From: Candidatus Parvarchaeota archaeon
GTDB taxonomy: Archaea; Nanobdellota; Nanobdellia; JAAOXT01
DNA length: 64,000 bases
Assembly: GCA_017609605.1 (NCBI GenBank)
Contig: JAFCDO010000001.1
Location: forward strand, 9,281 to 73,280
Direction: 5' to 3'
Shown piece after piece: positions 41,486 to 49,639 of this stretch. The translations under genes and the position numbers were made by a program. Numbering within the stretch: position 1 is the first letter of the stretch; the number at the start of each line of letters is the position of its first letter. The notes under the pieces were generated by a model. The model had not been told where the DNA came from, searched no databases, and saw nothing but the letters and a program-made list of their open reading frames with translations.

Positions 41486-44323
41486 ATGAATGTAATGAGA
41501 CGAGCTCAAGTGGGAATGGAGTACTTGGTACTAATATCTTTTTTCCTGCTCGTAGTCACACCTCTATTCTATTTCGCGTCAGACAGAAGTCAAAAAACAA
41601 CTAACTTAAGAGAAATTCAGATGACTGTTGATAAATTAGAGAACGCTATCAACACTGTTTACGCTGATGGGCACCCAGCGCAAAGAGAAATACTGGTTTT
41701 AATCCCTAAACTAATCAACTCCTCAGGAACTTACCTTAACGGCAGCACTGTTAATTATGCCATCAATTTTGGTGACAGGACGACAGACGTTTTCGCTGAC
41801 ACGGCCACCTGCCTTGAAGGAACTGTGCCAGTAGACCCAGGATATTATAGGATTATAATCAAGGCTTTGGAAAACGGGTGCGTGGACATAGACGTGGCTA
41901 ACATCGCGATAATTCCTCAATCCCTCAACGCTTTAGTGGATTATTCAAGAAATTTCACTCAAAGTTTTCAATTAACCAATTTGCAGGAAGCCACGATAAC
42001 AGGGATAACTGTCAACGCGATCGGAACCCTCATCAATCGCGTTGACGTTGACTCAAACGAGCCTGGCAGGCAGGACAACACGAACATTGGTGACTTAGGA
42101 GTCGGTGAGAGCAAGAATTTAGTAATAACCTTTTATGGAGACGATTACCCCGCGGTTTACGAAGGCAACCTCTCGCTGAAAGGTTTTGGCATGGCTAACA
42201 CCACGATTCCAGTCAAGTTAACCGTAAGCGTGGGAGAACTCACTATCTCGGGTTTAGAAAACGTGAACGTTGCCATAAACACGAACAAAACCATGTCATT
42301 AACAGTTTCAAACGTTGGAGCTGGCTCGTTGTTCAACACCAATCTCTCGTTGAGCAGTGAGCTCATCGGCTACGTTGACCTTAACGCTTCAACGATTGAA
42401 AAAGAGGATTTTATTGACTTAGGAACAATGGCTTCTGGAAGAAGTCAGGATTTGACTTTAAAACTGTTCGGTCTCTCTTACGGAACTTTTAACGGGTTAA
42501 TCCTCGGGAACTCCCAGCCAGGCGTTGCAGGAACCAATTCTTACAATCATTCGTTGAGCATAACCGTCGGGGACGACACCGTGCTACCCGTCATTAACTC
42601 GACGAGCGTGGATAAAACAAGTGCAATAATTGGTGGTTTGTTGTGCGTGAACGCGACTGCCACGGACGACACCCAGATAGAATCTATCTGGGTAAGTGTA
42701 ACGAACCCTGACATGCAAGCAATTAATGTCACGCTAACTGATACTGGGAGCGCGTGCGCGGGAATCAACGGGGATAACTGGTTCGGAGCAGAAATATTGT
42801 TAAACGTTAACGGGACGTGGATGGTTAACACTTCTTACGCCAAAGACACTTCGGAAAACGTTGGTTTCGAGAACGCTAACTTATTGGTCAGCGTGGAAGG
42901 AACAGACAGCATTCCTCCCATAATAACTATTGATTACCCTAAGAACGCTTCTTACCCCACCAACTCGTTCTGGATTAACGCCACCCTCAACGAAAAAGGA
43001 TCGTGGTGCGGTTACAACGTTGACTTCGCGTCACCGACAAACGTGACCATGGACCAGGAGAACGATACCAACTTTTATTCAAGCGTGACAGGTCTGTCGG
43101 ACGCAACTCATTCCATAACAGTTTACGGCAAGGACATTTACAACAACACTAATCATACTGGAAGCACTGTTCACTTCACTGTTGACACGCAAAACCCTGT
43201 TCTGGAAAACTGCAGTCTAACCAGCGAATACTTACGCGAAGGCGAGTTCTCCCAAGTCAGTTGCGACGTTATTGATGCCAACAAGGACCAAGCCTGGTTC
43301 CAAATAGGAGGACAAACCCTTCCTTCAACAGGAAAATATGGTAACACTTACTCAACGAGTTTTTATTGCTCTGAGACCGGCATCAATGAGTGGAGCACTG
43401 CTCACGCAAACGACTCGGCGGGGAACGAAGGAAGCGTCAGTGTAGGGGTTAACATTACTTGCGACACGGTTCTTCCAATCGTGAACTCAACTGCAACGAA
43501 CCAGAGTAATGCAGAGGTTGGGCAAACTATTTGCTTAAACACCCACGTTTCAGACAATTATAACGTCAGCATGGTTTGGGCTGAATTAATCACTCCATTG
43601 GACACTACTTACAACCAAATACTTTCTGACACAGGGAATCCTTGCTCAGGGGTTGAAGGAGACGGGGTTTATGGAGGAGAGCTTTATTTATTGGCCATCG
43701 GGAACTGGACTCTTGTGACCAGCCACGCCAATGATCAGGCAGGCAACACTGGAACCGACGAGTTCCACGAGAACGAAACCATTACAGTAATTTCTGGTAC
43801 AGGGGGTGGAGGGGGTTACACTTATGTTGACGTTAGCCGGGCGTATTATTTTAAGACTAACGGGCATGGAAAAAGCACTGCTGACTCTGACATGAAGTCT
43901 TGGGAAAACATAACACTTGACTTTACTGATGACAACCCTAACACTCCTGCAAGTGCTTACCAATTATTGATGGACATAAAACTGTTTGATTACGATAAGT
44001 ATGAGGGTTATGTTGTGAAGCTGGATGCTGACCCGAGTTTGTATTCTAAGGTTATCTTGAAATTCAAGGTGGACTCGTTCGATTACGAGCCTTACCCGAT
44101 AAGGATTCATGCTTATAATTCCGATGGAGAGACCATACTAACAGATACTGGTTTCACGGAGTACACTTACAGTTCAACTGGTTGGCACGAGGTTGATGTT
44201 ACGGACACGGCTCATAGAATGAATGGTTTTGGTTGGATGAGGTTTAGGATAATCCCAAAATTCGCTTGGTGGATTGATAACAAGAAATCAAGATGGGTTG
44301 AGGTTGATTTTGGAATAGAATGA
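41486..44323 (+). CDS. Giant prepilin-like adhesin (class III signal peptide plus multiple beta-sandwich/Ig-like domains)
   Basis: N-terminus MNVMRRAQVGMEYLVLISFFLLV. The N-domain is shared with 56472-58631. Internal repeats begin at DTVLPVINSTS and DTVLPIVNSTA. N-x-S/T sequons are dense. Confidence 0.75.
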   Translation: MNVMRRAQVGMEYLVLISFFLLVVTPLFYFASDRSQKTTNLREIQMTVDKLENAINTVYADGHPAQREILVLIPKLINSSGTYLNGSTVNYAINFGDRTTDVFADTATCLEGTVPVDPGYYRIIIKALENGCVDIDVANIAIIPQSLNALVDYSRNFTQSFQLTNLQEATITGITVNAIGTLINRVDVDSNEPGRQDNTNIGDLGVGESKNLVITFYGDDYPAVYEGNLSLKGFGMANTTIPVKLTVSVGELTISGLENVNVAINTNKTMSLTVSNVGAGSLFNTNLSLSSELIGYVDLNASTIEKEDFIDLGTMASGRSQDLTLKLFGLSYGTFNGLILGNSQPGVAGTNSYNHSLSITVGDDTVLPVINSTSVDKTSAIIGGLLCVNATATDDTQIESIWVSVTNPDMQAINVTLTDTGSACAGINGDNWFGAEILLNVNGTWMVNTSYAKDTSENVGFENANLLVSVEGTDSIPPIITIDYPKNASYPTNSFWINATLNEKGSWCGYNVDFASPTNVTMDQENDTNFYSSVTGLSDATHSITVYGKDIYNNTNHTGSTVHFTVDTQNPVLENCSLTSEYLREGEFSQVSCDVIDANKDQAWFQIGGQTLPSTGKYGNTYSTSFYCSETGINEWSTAHANDSAGNEGSVSVGVNITCDTVLPIVNSTATNQSNAEVGQTICLNTHVSDNYNVSMVWAELITPLDTTYNQILSDTGNPCSGVEGDGVYGGELYLLAIGNWTLVTSHANDQAGNTGTDEFHENETITVISGTGGGGGYTYVDVSRAYYFKTNGHGKSTADSDMKSWENITLDFTDDNPNTPASAYQLLMDIKLFDYDKYEGYVVKLDADPSLYSKVILKFKVDSFDYEPYPIRIHAYNSDGETILTDTGFTEYTYSSTGWHEVDVTDTAHRMNGFGWMRFRIIPKFAWWIDNKKSRWVEVDFGIE

Positions 44324-44730
44324 AAAAAGCGCAGTTAAGCATCGAGTTTTTCACAACAATCTCTTTCCTAATCATGATTCTCATAACAGTTCTCATAATA
44401 TTTTTTCAGCGGAGCACTTCGCTTAACGACATGTCCAAGAGCGATAATTTAAAAATATCTTGCCAAGAACTAAGAACCAGTTTTTACTCGCTGATAAAAT
44501 CCAATAACTTGATAGAAAACTTATCATTACCCAAGTATTCAGGAGGGCTTCCTTACTCGTATCACGCGTATCCTAATGAATCTGTGGTCGTCATCGGTTT
44601 GGATGACAAATCTTTTATCTGTAACGTTCAAACAACGGGTTTCACCAATTCTTCTATGACTGAGCACGATTTTTTTATCAATCCTTCTGGCACTGCGAAA
44701 AGTGTTGACGAGGTGATAGTGTTTGAATAA
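44320..44730 (+). CDS. Prepilin-like protein (class III signal peptide)
   Basis: MKKAQLSIEFFTTISFLIMILITVLIIFF. There is an ATGA overlap upstream. It is the counterpart of 58628-59005. Confidence 0.7.
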   Translation: MKKAQLSIEFFTTISFLIMILITVLIIFFQRSTSLNDMSKSDNLKISCQELRTSFYSLIKSNNLIENLSLPKYSGGLPYSYHAYPNESVVVIGLDDKSFICNVQTTGFTNSSMTEHDFFINPSGTAKSVDEVIVFE

Positions 44731-44731
44731 A
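44712..44731 (+). repeat. Direct repeat, copy 1
   Basis: GGTGATAGTGTTTGAATAAA. It matches 44879-44898 at 19 of 20 positions, with the first 15 identical. Confidence 0.8.
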
Positions 44732-44791
44732 CGATTCTTCTTCAAAAACTCAGAAACCTCACAACTTCACCAAAAAAGTTTTTTGGTCAAG

Positions 44792-44861
44792 CCCTCAAAA
44801 ATCATCCCGTTTTTGGGGCCCCGAAAACTTATTCGTTTTCGAAGGCTTTTTAGAGCGAATA
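44792..44861 (+). repeat. Relic segment homologous to 18042-18098 (decayed gene fragment), with overlapping alternative hairpins
   Basis: Collinear shared blocks are CCCTCAAAAA, CCCGTT, TTTGGGGC and CCGAAA, plus the CGAAA(A/C)C-loop-G(T/G)TTTCG hairpin. Hairpins lie at 44809-44828 and 44822-44841. A further palindrome lies at 44770-44786. Confidence 0.5.
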
Positions 44862-44878
44862 GCAAGAAAAAGGTTGGG

Positions 44879-44898
44879 GGTGATAGTGTTTGAGTAAA
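44879..44898 (+). repeat. Direct repeat, copy 2
   Basis: GGTGATAGTGTTTGAGTAAA, 167 nt downstream of copy 1. It contains the TTG start of the next pilin gene. Confidence 0.8.
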
Positions 44899-45369
44899 GC
44901 GCAAATATTCACGACCAGCATGATATTTACAGTAGTGTTGTTCATAGTGATTCTTGGGATTGGGGCGAGGATGTGGGATTATTTGAGTTTAACCCAGAAA
45001 GACGTTACCAGGACGAGAGAGTTGGAACTGATGGTAACTCGGGTTTCAGACTTGCTGGTGTCAACTCCTGGCCAGCCTTACAACTGGACGACTGACGTTG
45101 AGTGTTTCGGGCTCTCAACTAACAAGCCTGGGGTGCTGGACGCGGGCAAAGTCAAACTTTTTTATGATTACTCTTTGAACAATTATTCTTTCGTAAAAGA
45201 GCGGTTGGGGATAGGTGGTTACGACTTCTCTTTCAGATTGGTTAAAGGTTCCGCAACACTATACTCTTATAACTGGACTTTTGATTACTCAAGGGACTTG
45301 TCGAAATCGGAAAGAATTGTGTTGCTCAACGATACCCCAATGATTTTTGAATTGGTGGTGAGGCAGTGA
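44890..45369 (+). CDS. Prepilin-like protein
   Basis: TTG start. (M)SKAQIFTTSMIFTVVLFIVILG. The GQPYNW and LGIGGYD motifs are shared with 59002-59481. Confidence 0.65.
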   Translation: MSKAQIFTTSMIFTVVLFIVILGIGARMWDYLSLTQKDVTRTRELELMVTRVSDLLVSTPGQPYNWTTDVECFGLSTNKPGVLDAGKVKLFYDYSLNNYSFVKERLGIGGYDFSFRLVKGSATLYSYNWTFDYSRDLSKSERIVLLNDTPMIFELVVRQ

Positions 45370-45791
45370 AAAAAGGTTTCGTGTTAATAACTGACATGCT
45401 GTTAGCGATTAGCATAATGGTGGTCATGGTCACATCTTCGGTTTACGTTATGAGAAACCATCCTGATTGGAAAAGAGTCAAGGAAACCCAGATGGCTAAC
45501 GATTTGCTTAACATTATGGACGAGCATAAAGTTTTGCAAACACTTAACTCCTCCAATTATTCGTCTTTCATTCAAGAGTATTTGCCTCAACAGTATAATG
45601 TTGAATTGATTGTTAGTGTTTACAACGCCAGCGCGCTCACACAGGAAATAATTCTTTTGCAGAACTTTGTTGTCAATCACCCTATCAACGCTTCAGGACC
45701 AACTGATTTCGGCATCGTGAAAAAATCGTTCTTAATCCAAGAAGGGAGGATAAAGAATTTTGGGGTGGCTGAGGTGAGGATTTGGATATGA
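45366..45791 (+). CDS. Prepilin-like protein (KG|F type)
   Basis: GTG start overlapping the upstream stop (GTGA). (M)KKGFVLITDMLLAISIMVV. It is the counterpart of 59478-59870. Confidence 0.6.
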   Translation: MKKGFVLITDMLLAISIMVVMVTSSVYVMRNHPDWKRVKETQMANDLLNIMDEHKVLQTLNSSNYSSFIQEYLPQQYNVELIVSVYNASALTQEIILLQNFVVNHPINASGPTDFGIVKKSFLIQEGRIKNFGVAEVRIWI

Positions 45792-46624
45792 AAGGAATTA
45801 TTTTCACTGTATCAGTTTTCTTGATATTCTCATTAATACTTGAGATTGCCATGTTGATTAGTCTTGTTAACACTTCCAGCAATAAAATAATAACCAGTAC
45901 TGTTCTGAGCGAAAAAATAACTGGTTATTCCAGAAATCTTATCAGCAATTTAGAAAAAGTGGCTAACACCGAGTTAAGCGCGGATAGTGCTGGAAGCGTC
46001 AGCGTGAAAACAAGCTTTCACGATTACAACGCGACAGGTTCGTTAAAAATTTTTGAGAAATGGGTTAACAACTTCTTCAACAATCAAACAAACATTGATG
46101 TTAAAACAAATCTTTCAGGAATGAGAGAAGCGATTAATCAAGGTTCTTTACTAATCCTTTTCGAACCTCAAGGAATCACGTGGGAAAACGTTTATTCCAG
46201 TAATAAAATAATTGGTTTTGCTTTGCACGGCGCTGATAAAATTAATTCCTTGGAGTTAAACGCTTCTTTTAACTGGTCAATCGTTAACTCGACTTGGGTT
46301 GGCAACCAGCCAGGGCAAGGAAGTTTCTTGTTCTCCATAAACCTTCCTGACCACAATGCTTCTTGGTTGCTTGACAAGAAGAATTACTATTTATCAATAG
46401 GCACTAGTGAAGGCTACTTGAACGTCCAGTTAAAACTGGATTCTGGAGAATCCGATAAGGTTATTGAAATAACTCCTGACTTTTACGGCGCGGAATTCTT
46501 AACAACTTTCAAGGTAAACCAAAGTAATGTATTTAAGGCGTCATACCCCTACAATAAAACTTGGGTTAACCTATCCGCCAATAATTTTGGTTTAAGCGTT
46601 TTTAACAACGGGAAGCTCACATGA
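45788..46624 (+). CDS. Prepilin-like protein (KG|I type)
   Basis: The ATG at 45788 overlaps the upstream stop (ATGA). MKGIIFTVSVFLIFSLILEI. The track start is TTG 45782. It is the counterpart of 59867-60631. Confidence 0.6.
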   Translation: MKGIIFTVSVFLIFSLILEIAMLISLVNTSSNKIITSTVLSEKITGYSRNLISNLEKVANTELSADSAGSVSVKTSFHDYNATGSLKIFEKWVNNFFNNQTNIDVKTNLSGMREAINQGSLLILFEPQGITWENVYSSNKIIGFALHGADKINSLELNASFNWSIVNSTWVGNQPGQGSFLFSINLPDHNASWLLDKKNYYLSIGTSEGYLNVQLKLDSGESDKVIEITPDFYGAEFLTTFKVNQSNVFKASYPYNKTWVNLSANNFGLSVFNNGKLT

Positions 46625-46956
46625 ATCTAAAAAAATTGTTTAAAAAAAAATTGAAAAAACCTCTAAAAAAAGTGGTGAAACACGGTTTTGGAGGGGAAAT
46701 CCTGACAGAAGTTGACGTAATGCTCTCCCACCTTAAACAGAAGAAAAAAGCGGATCTCAATTTTTTTGTCAAAAAGTTTGGTGAAGAAGAAAAACTTGTT
46801 GAAGAGTGGGCTAAGATCTTAGAATCAAACGGGTTGATTACGGTTGATTACACTCCTTTTGGCAAGGTTGTTTTAAAGATTGTGGAAGAAAAAAAAGAAG
46901 GTGATGTGAAAGAAAAAAAGAGAGAGGAAAATGATGAAGGAAACGGAAAAAATTGA
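46621..46956 (+). CDS. Lys-rich protein with a winged-helix-like domain, coupled to the secretion ATPase
   Basis: MNLKKLFKKKLKKPLKK. Its KLVEEWAKILESNGLITVDYTPFGKVVLKI aligns with EVVEEWANELSENNLVKMKYPLIGHPYLKI in 61283-61948. Confidence 0.55.
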   Translation: MNLKKLFKKKLKKPLKKVVKHGFGGEILTEVDVMLSHLKQKKKADLNFFVKKFGEEEKLVEEWAKILESNGLITVDYTPFGKVVLKIVEEKKEGDVKEKKREENDEGNGKN

Positions 46957-48751
46957 AGTTTATAAAATAACTGCTGATAACGTTCCAGTCAACATCACGA
47001 TAACCACTAGTCTGGATGAATTCACTCCTTTGTACATCATAAAATTGCCTGTGATTGGCATTGGTTCTAAGGCAATTCTTGAAAAGGTTAAGGAAGAAAT
47101 GATTGGCGCTGTTCCCTTATCCCCGAAGGAGGCTTTGGACGTTAAATCTGTGCAGAAGACTCGGAAAGTGTTTTCAGATAAGATTCTTGAATTATTGAAG
47201 AAAGAACTGCCTAACGAGTCTGACAGGACGCTTAAAATACTCGCCGGGTTCCTCGTTCACGAAACCCTTGGTTTAGGAACTATTGAATTCTTGCTTAACG
47301 ATGAAAACCTTGAAGAGATTGTCATCAACAGTTCTGAGGATAACATTTGGGTTTACCATAAAAAGTATGGCTGGCTGAAAACCAATATTCGCATTGATAA
47401 TGAGGGCCAGATATACGATTACGCTGCCAGCATTGCTAGAGAGATTGGCCGGAGCATAAGCAATTTGAACCCGTTATTGGATGCTCACCTCATCACTGGT
47501 GACAGAGTTAACGCCACGTTATTCCCTATTTCGTCTGCGGGTAACACGATAACGATTCGTAAATTCAGAAGAAAACCGTGGACCATAACAGAATTAATCG
47601 AAAACAGGACCGTAACTTCGGAAATCGTTAGTTTTATCTGGCTGGCCATGCAGTACGAGATGAGCATCATGTTTTCCGGCGGAACGGCTAGCGGGAAAAC
47701 CACTTTCATGACTTCCTGCATGCCTTTCATCCCTCCTAACCAGAGGGTTATCAGCATTGAAGACACCAGAGAAATAATGCTTCCTAAGTTCTTGCAATGG
47801 GTTCCTTTAACCACTAGGGAGCCGAACCCTGAAGGAAAAGGTGGAGTGAGAATGCTTGACTTGCTTGTCAACTCTTTAAGGATGAGGCCAGACAGAATCA
47901 TCGTAGGGGAAGTAAGGCGTCAGCAAGAGGCTGAAGTCCTGTTCGAAGCCATTCACACAGGTCACAGCGTTTACGCAACAGTGCACGCAGACACCGCCGA
48001 ACAAACCGTCAGAAGACTTACCAATCCTCCGATAAACCTGCCTGAATCAATGGTTAGCACTTTGCCGTTGATAGTTGTTGTTTACAGGCATAGAAGAAAG
48101 GGCATAAGAAGGATTTTGGAAGTATCCGAGCTTTTAGAATCCGGGAAGGCAGAAGGAAGAGAATTAATTAACGTCAACAGAGTTTTCAGGTGGAAACCCG
48201 CTTTTGACAAGTACGAAAAAGATAATGAAAGCATCAGGGTTCTCGACGACCTAGAAATGTTTACTGGCCTGACTCGCTCAGAAGTTGAAAAAGATCTTAA
48301 GGAAAAAATCGGCGTCCTAAATTGGATGGTCAAGCACGGCGTGAACACTGTTAATACTGTTGGAAAAATTGTTTCCACTTATTACTCGCATAAAGAAAAA
48401 TTGTTACAAGATGTTAGGAAGAACGCGAGTCCTAAAGAATTGTTGGGCAAATTATGGAAAGAGATTGAAGCACCTGTTGTCACGAAAGAAGTGAAGACCA
48501 AAAAGAGTGAAACCAGTCTGAGTCAAAAAGTGATTGAAGAACTCAAAAAAACTCCTTCCCCAAAAAAACCTGTAAAGAAAAAAAGTGTTAAGGAAAAAAA
48601 GGTGGAAGAAAAAAAAGAAAAGAAATTGGAACCTAAAACGGTGAAAAAAAAAGAAGCTAAAAAAAAGCTGGTTAAGAAAAAAACGAAGAAAAAGTCTCTC
48701 GCTAAGAAAAGGTTGGTAAAGAAGAAAAGAAAGGGGGTTAAGAAGAAGTGA
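46931..48751 (+). CDS. Type II/IV secretion-family ATPase (FlaI/PilB-like) with a long Lys-rich C-terminal tail
   Basis: Walker A GGTASGKTT, ISIEDTRE, Walker B RIIVGEVRR and His box TGHSVYATVHA. The last roughly 90 aa are K-rich (..KKPVKKKSVKEKKVEEKKEKK..). Confidence 0.9.
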   Translation: MMKETEKIEVYKITADNVPVNITITTSLDEFTPLYIIKLPVIGIGSKAILEKVKEEMIGAVPLSPKEALDVKSVQKTRKVFSDKILELLKKELPNESDRTLKILAGFLVHETLGLGTIEFLLNDENLEEIVINSSEDNIWVYHKKYGWLKTNIRIDNEGQIYDYAASIAREIGRSISNLNPLLDAHLITGDRVNATLFPISSAGNTITIRKFRRKPWTITELIENRTVTSEIVSFIWLAMQYEMSIMFSGGTASGKTTFMTSCMPFIPPNQRVISIEDTREIMLPKFLQWVPLTTREPNPEGKGGVRMLDLLVNSLRMRPDRIIVGEVRRQQEAEVLFEAIHTGHSVYATVHADTAEQTVRRLTNPPINLPESMVSTLPLIVVVYRHRRKGIRRILEVSELLESGKAEGRELINVNRVFRWKPAFDKYEKDNESIRVLDDLEMFTGLTRSEVEKDLKEKIGVLNWMVKHGVNTVNTVGKIVSTYYSHKEKLLQDVRKNASPKELLGKLWKEIEAPVVTKEVKTKKSETSLSQKVIEELKKTPSPKKPVKKKSVKEKKVEEKKEKKLEPKTVKKKEAKKKLVKKKTKKKSLAKKRLVKKKRKGVKKK

Positions 48752-49638
48752 TTAAGTTCCTGCCGTTTCTCCCCATGCCTGTCAGTCAGGTTTTAAAAGT
48801 TTCAAAACCTCTTCGGTTTGTTACAGAGTCCTTAAAAAAGTTTTATCCTGAGTTAAGCGTTGAGTTATTTCAAGCAGAGATTGAAATTGAACCAATGGAT
48901 TATTTAAGACTGGTCATTTTTGCTGCTGGATTCATGTTCTTCATTGGCTTGTCATCCATGCTTTTCGTCCTGCTCATCATCAAAGAATTCTCCGCACAGA
49001 ATCTTACGATGACTTTTGGGGTTGCGGGCGCGTTGATGGTGACCGCTTACGTTTACCTTATCAATTACCCTAAGTTCAAGATCATGCAGAAGGTTAAAAG
49101 GTCTGAAAAACATCTTTTGTTTGCTCTGAGGCACTTAACGATAAGGGTTAAATCAGGGATTCCTTTAATAGACGCGATTGAAGGAATTGCAAAAGGGGAT
49201 TACGGAGAGATTTCTAAAGAGTTCATGATAGCGATAAAACAAATCAAAGCAGGGGAGTCGCAGGCCCGTTCTATCGAAGATATTGCTTTGAGAAATCCTT
49301 CAGCCGAGTTGAGAAGAGTTGTTTGGCAGGTGTCCAACGCCATGAGGGCAGGGTCCGATATCGCTAAAACGTTGGAGTCCATTGTTCACACTCTCAGCAG
49401 TAAGCAAAGAGTTAACATTAAGGAGTATGGAGCGAAACTGAATCCTTTAGCTTTAATGTACATGATGGCTACAGTGATAATCCCTGCTTTAGGCACTACC
49501 ATGGTGATTATTCTCGGCTCGTTTTTGGGTTTGGAACTGCAGAAAGAAATTTTTTATTTCGTCCCGGTTTACTTAATCATTTTCCAAGTTGCTTTCATGG
49601 GGATTGTCAAAACTAATCGACCCGCAATGGAGGTGTGA
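48748..49638 (+). CDS. FlaJ/TadC-like membrane protein with one T2SSF domain
   Basis: ALRHLTIRVKSGIPLIDAIEGIAKGDYGEISKEF...LRRVVWQV. TM helices flank the domain. The GTG start overlaps the upstream stop. Confidence 0.75.
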   Translation: MIKFLPFLPMPVSQVLKVSKPLRFVTESLKKFYPELSVELFQAEIEIEPMDYLRLVIFAAGFMFFIGLSSMLFVLLIIKEFSAQNLTMTFGVAGALMVTAYVYLINYPKFKIMQKVKRSEKHLLFALRHLTIRVKSGIPLIDAIEGIAKGDYGEISKEFMIAIKQIKAGESQARSIEDIALRNPSAELRRVVWQVSNAMRAGSDIAKTLESIVHTLSSKQRVNIKEYGAKLNPLALMYMMATVIIPALGTTMVIILGSFLGLELQKEIFYFVPVYLIIFQVAFMGIVKTNRPAMEV

Positions 49639-49639
49639 A

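Noticed and set aside
48490-48748. An A-rich, repetitive DNA stretch that could be a tandem repeat or a degenerate array.
   Set aside because: It is in frame with the ATPase and simply encodes a Lys/Glu/Val-rich tail (AAA/AAG codons). I saw no fixed repeat unit.
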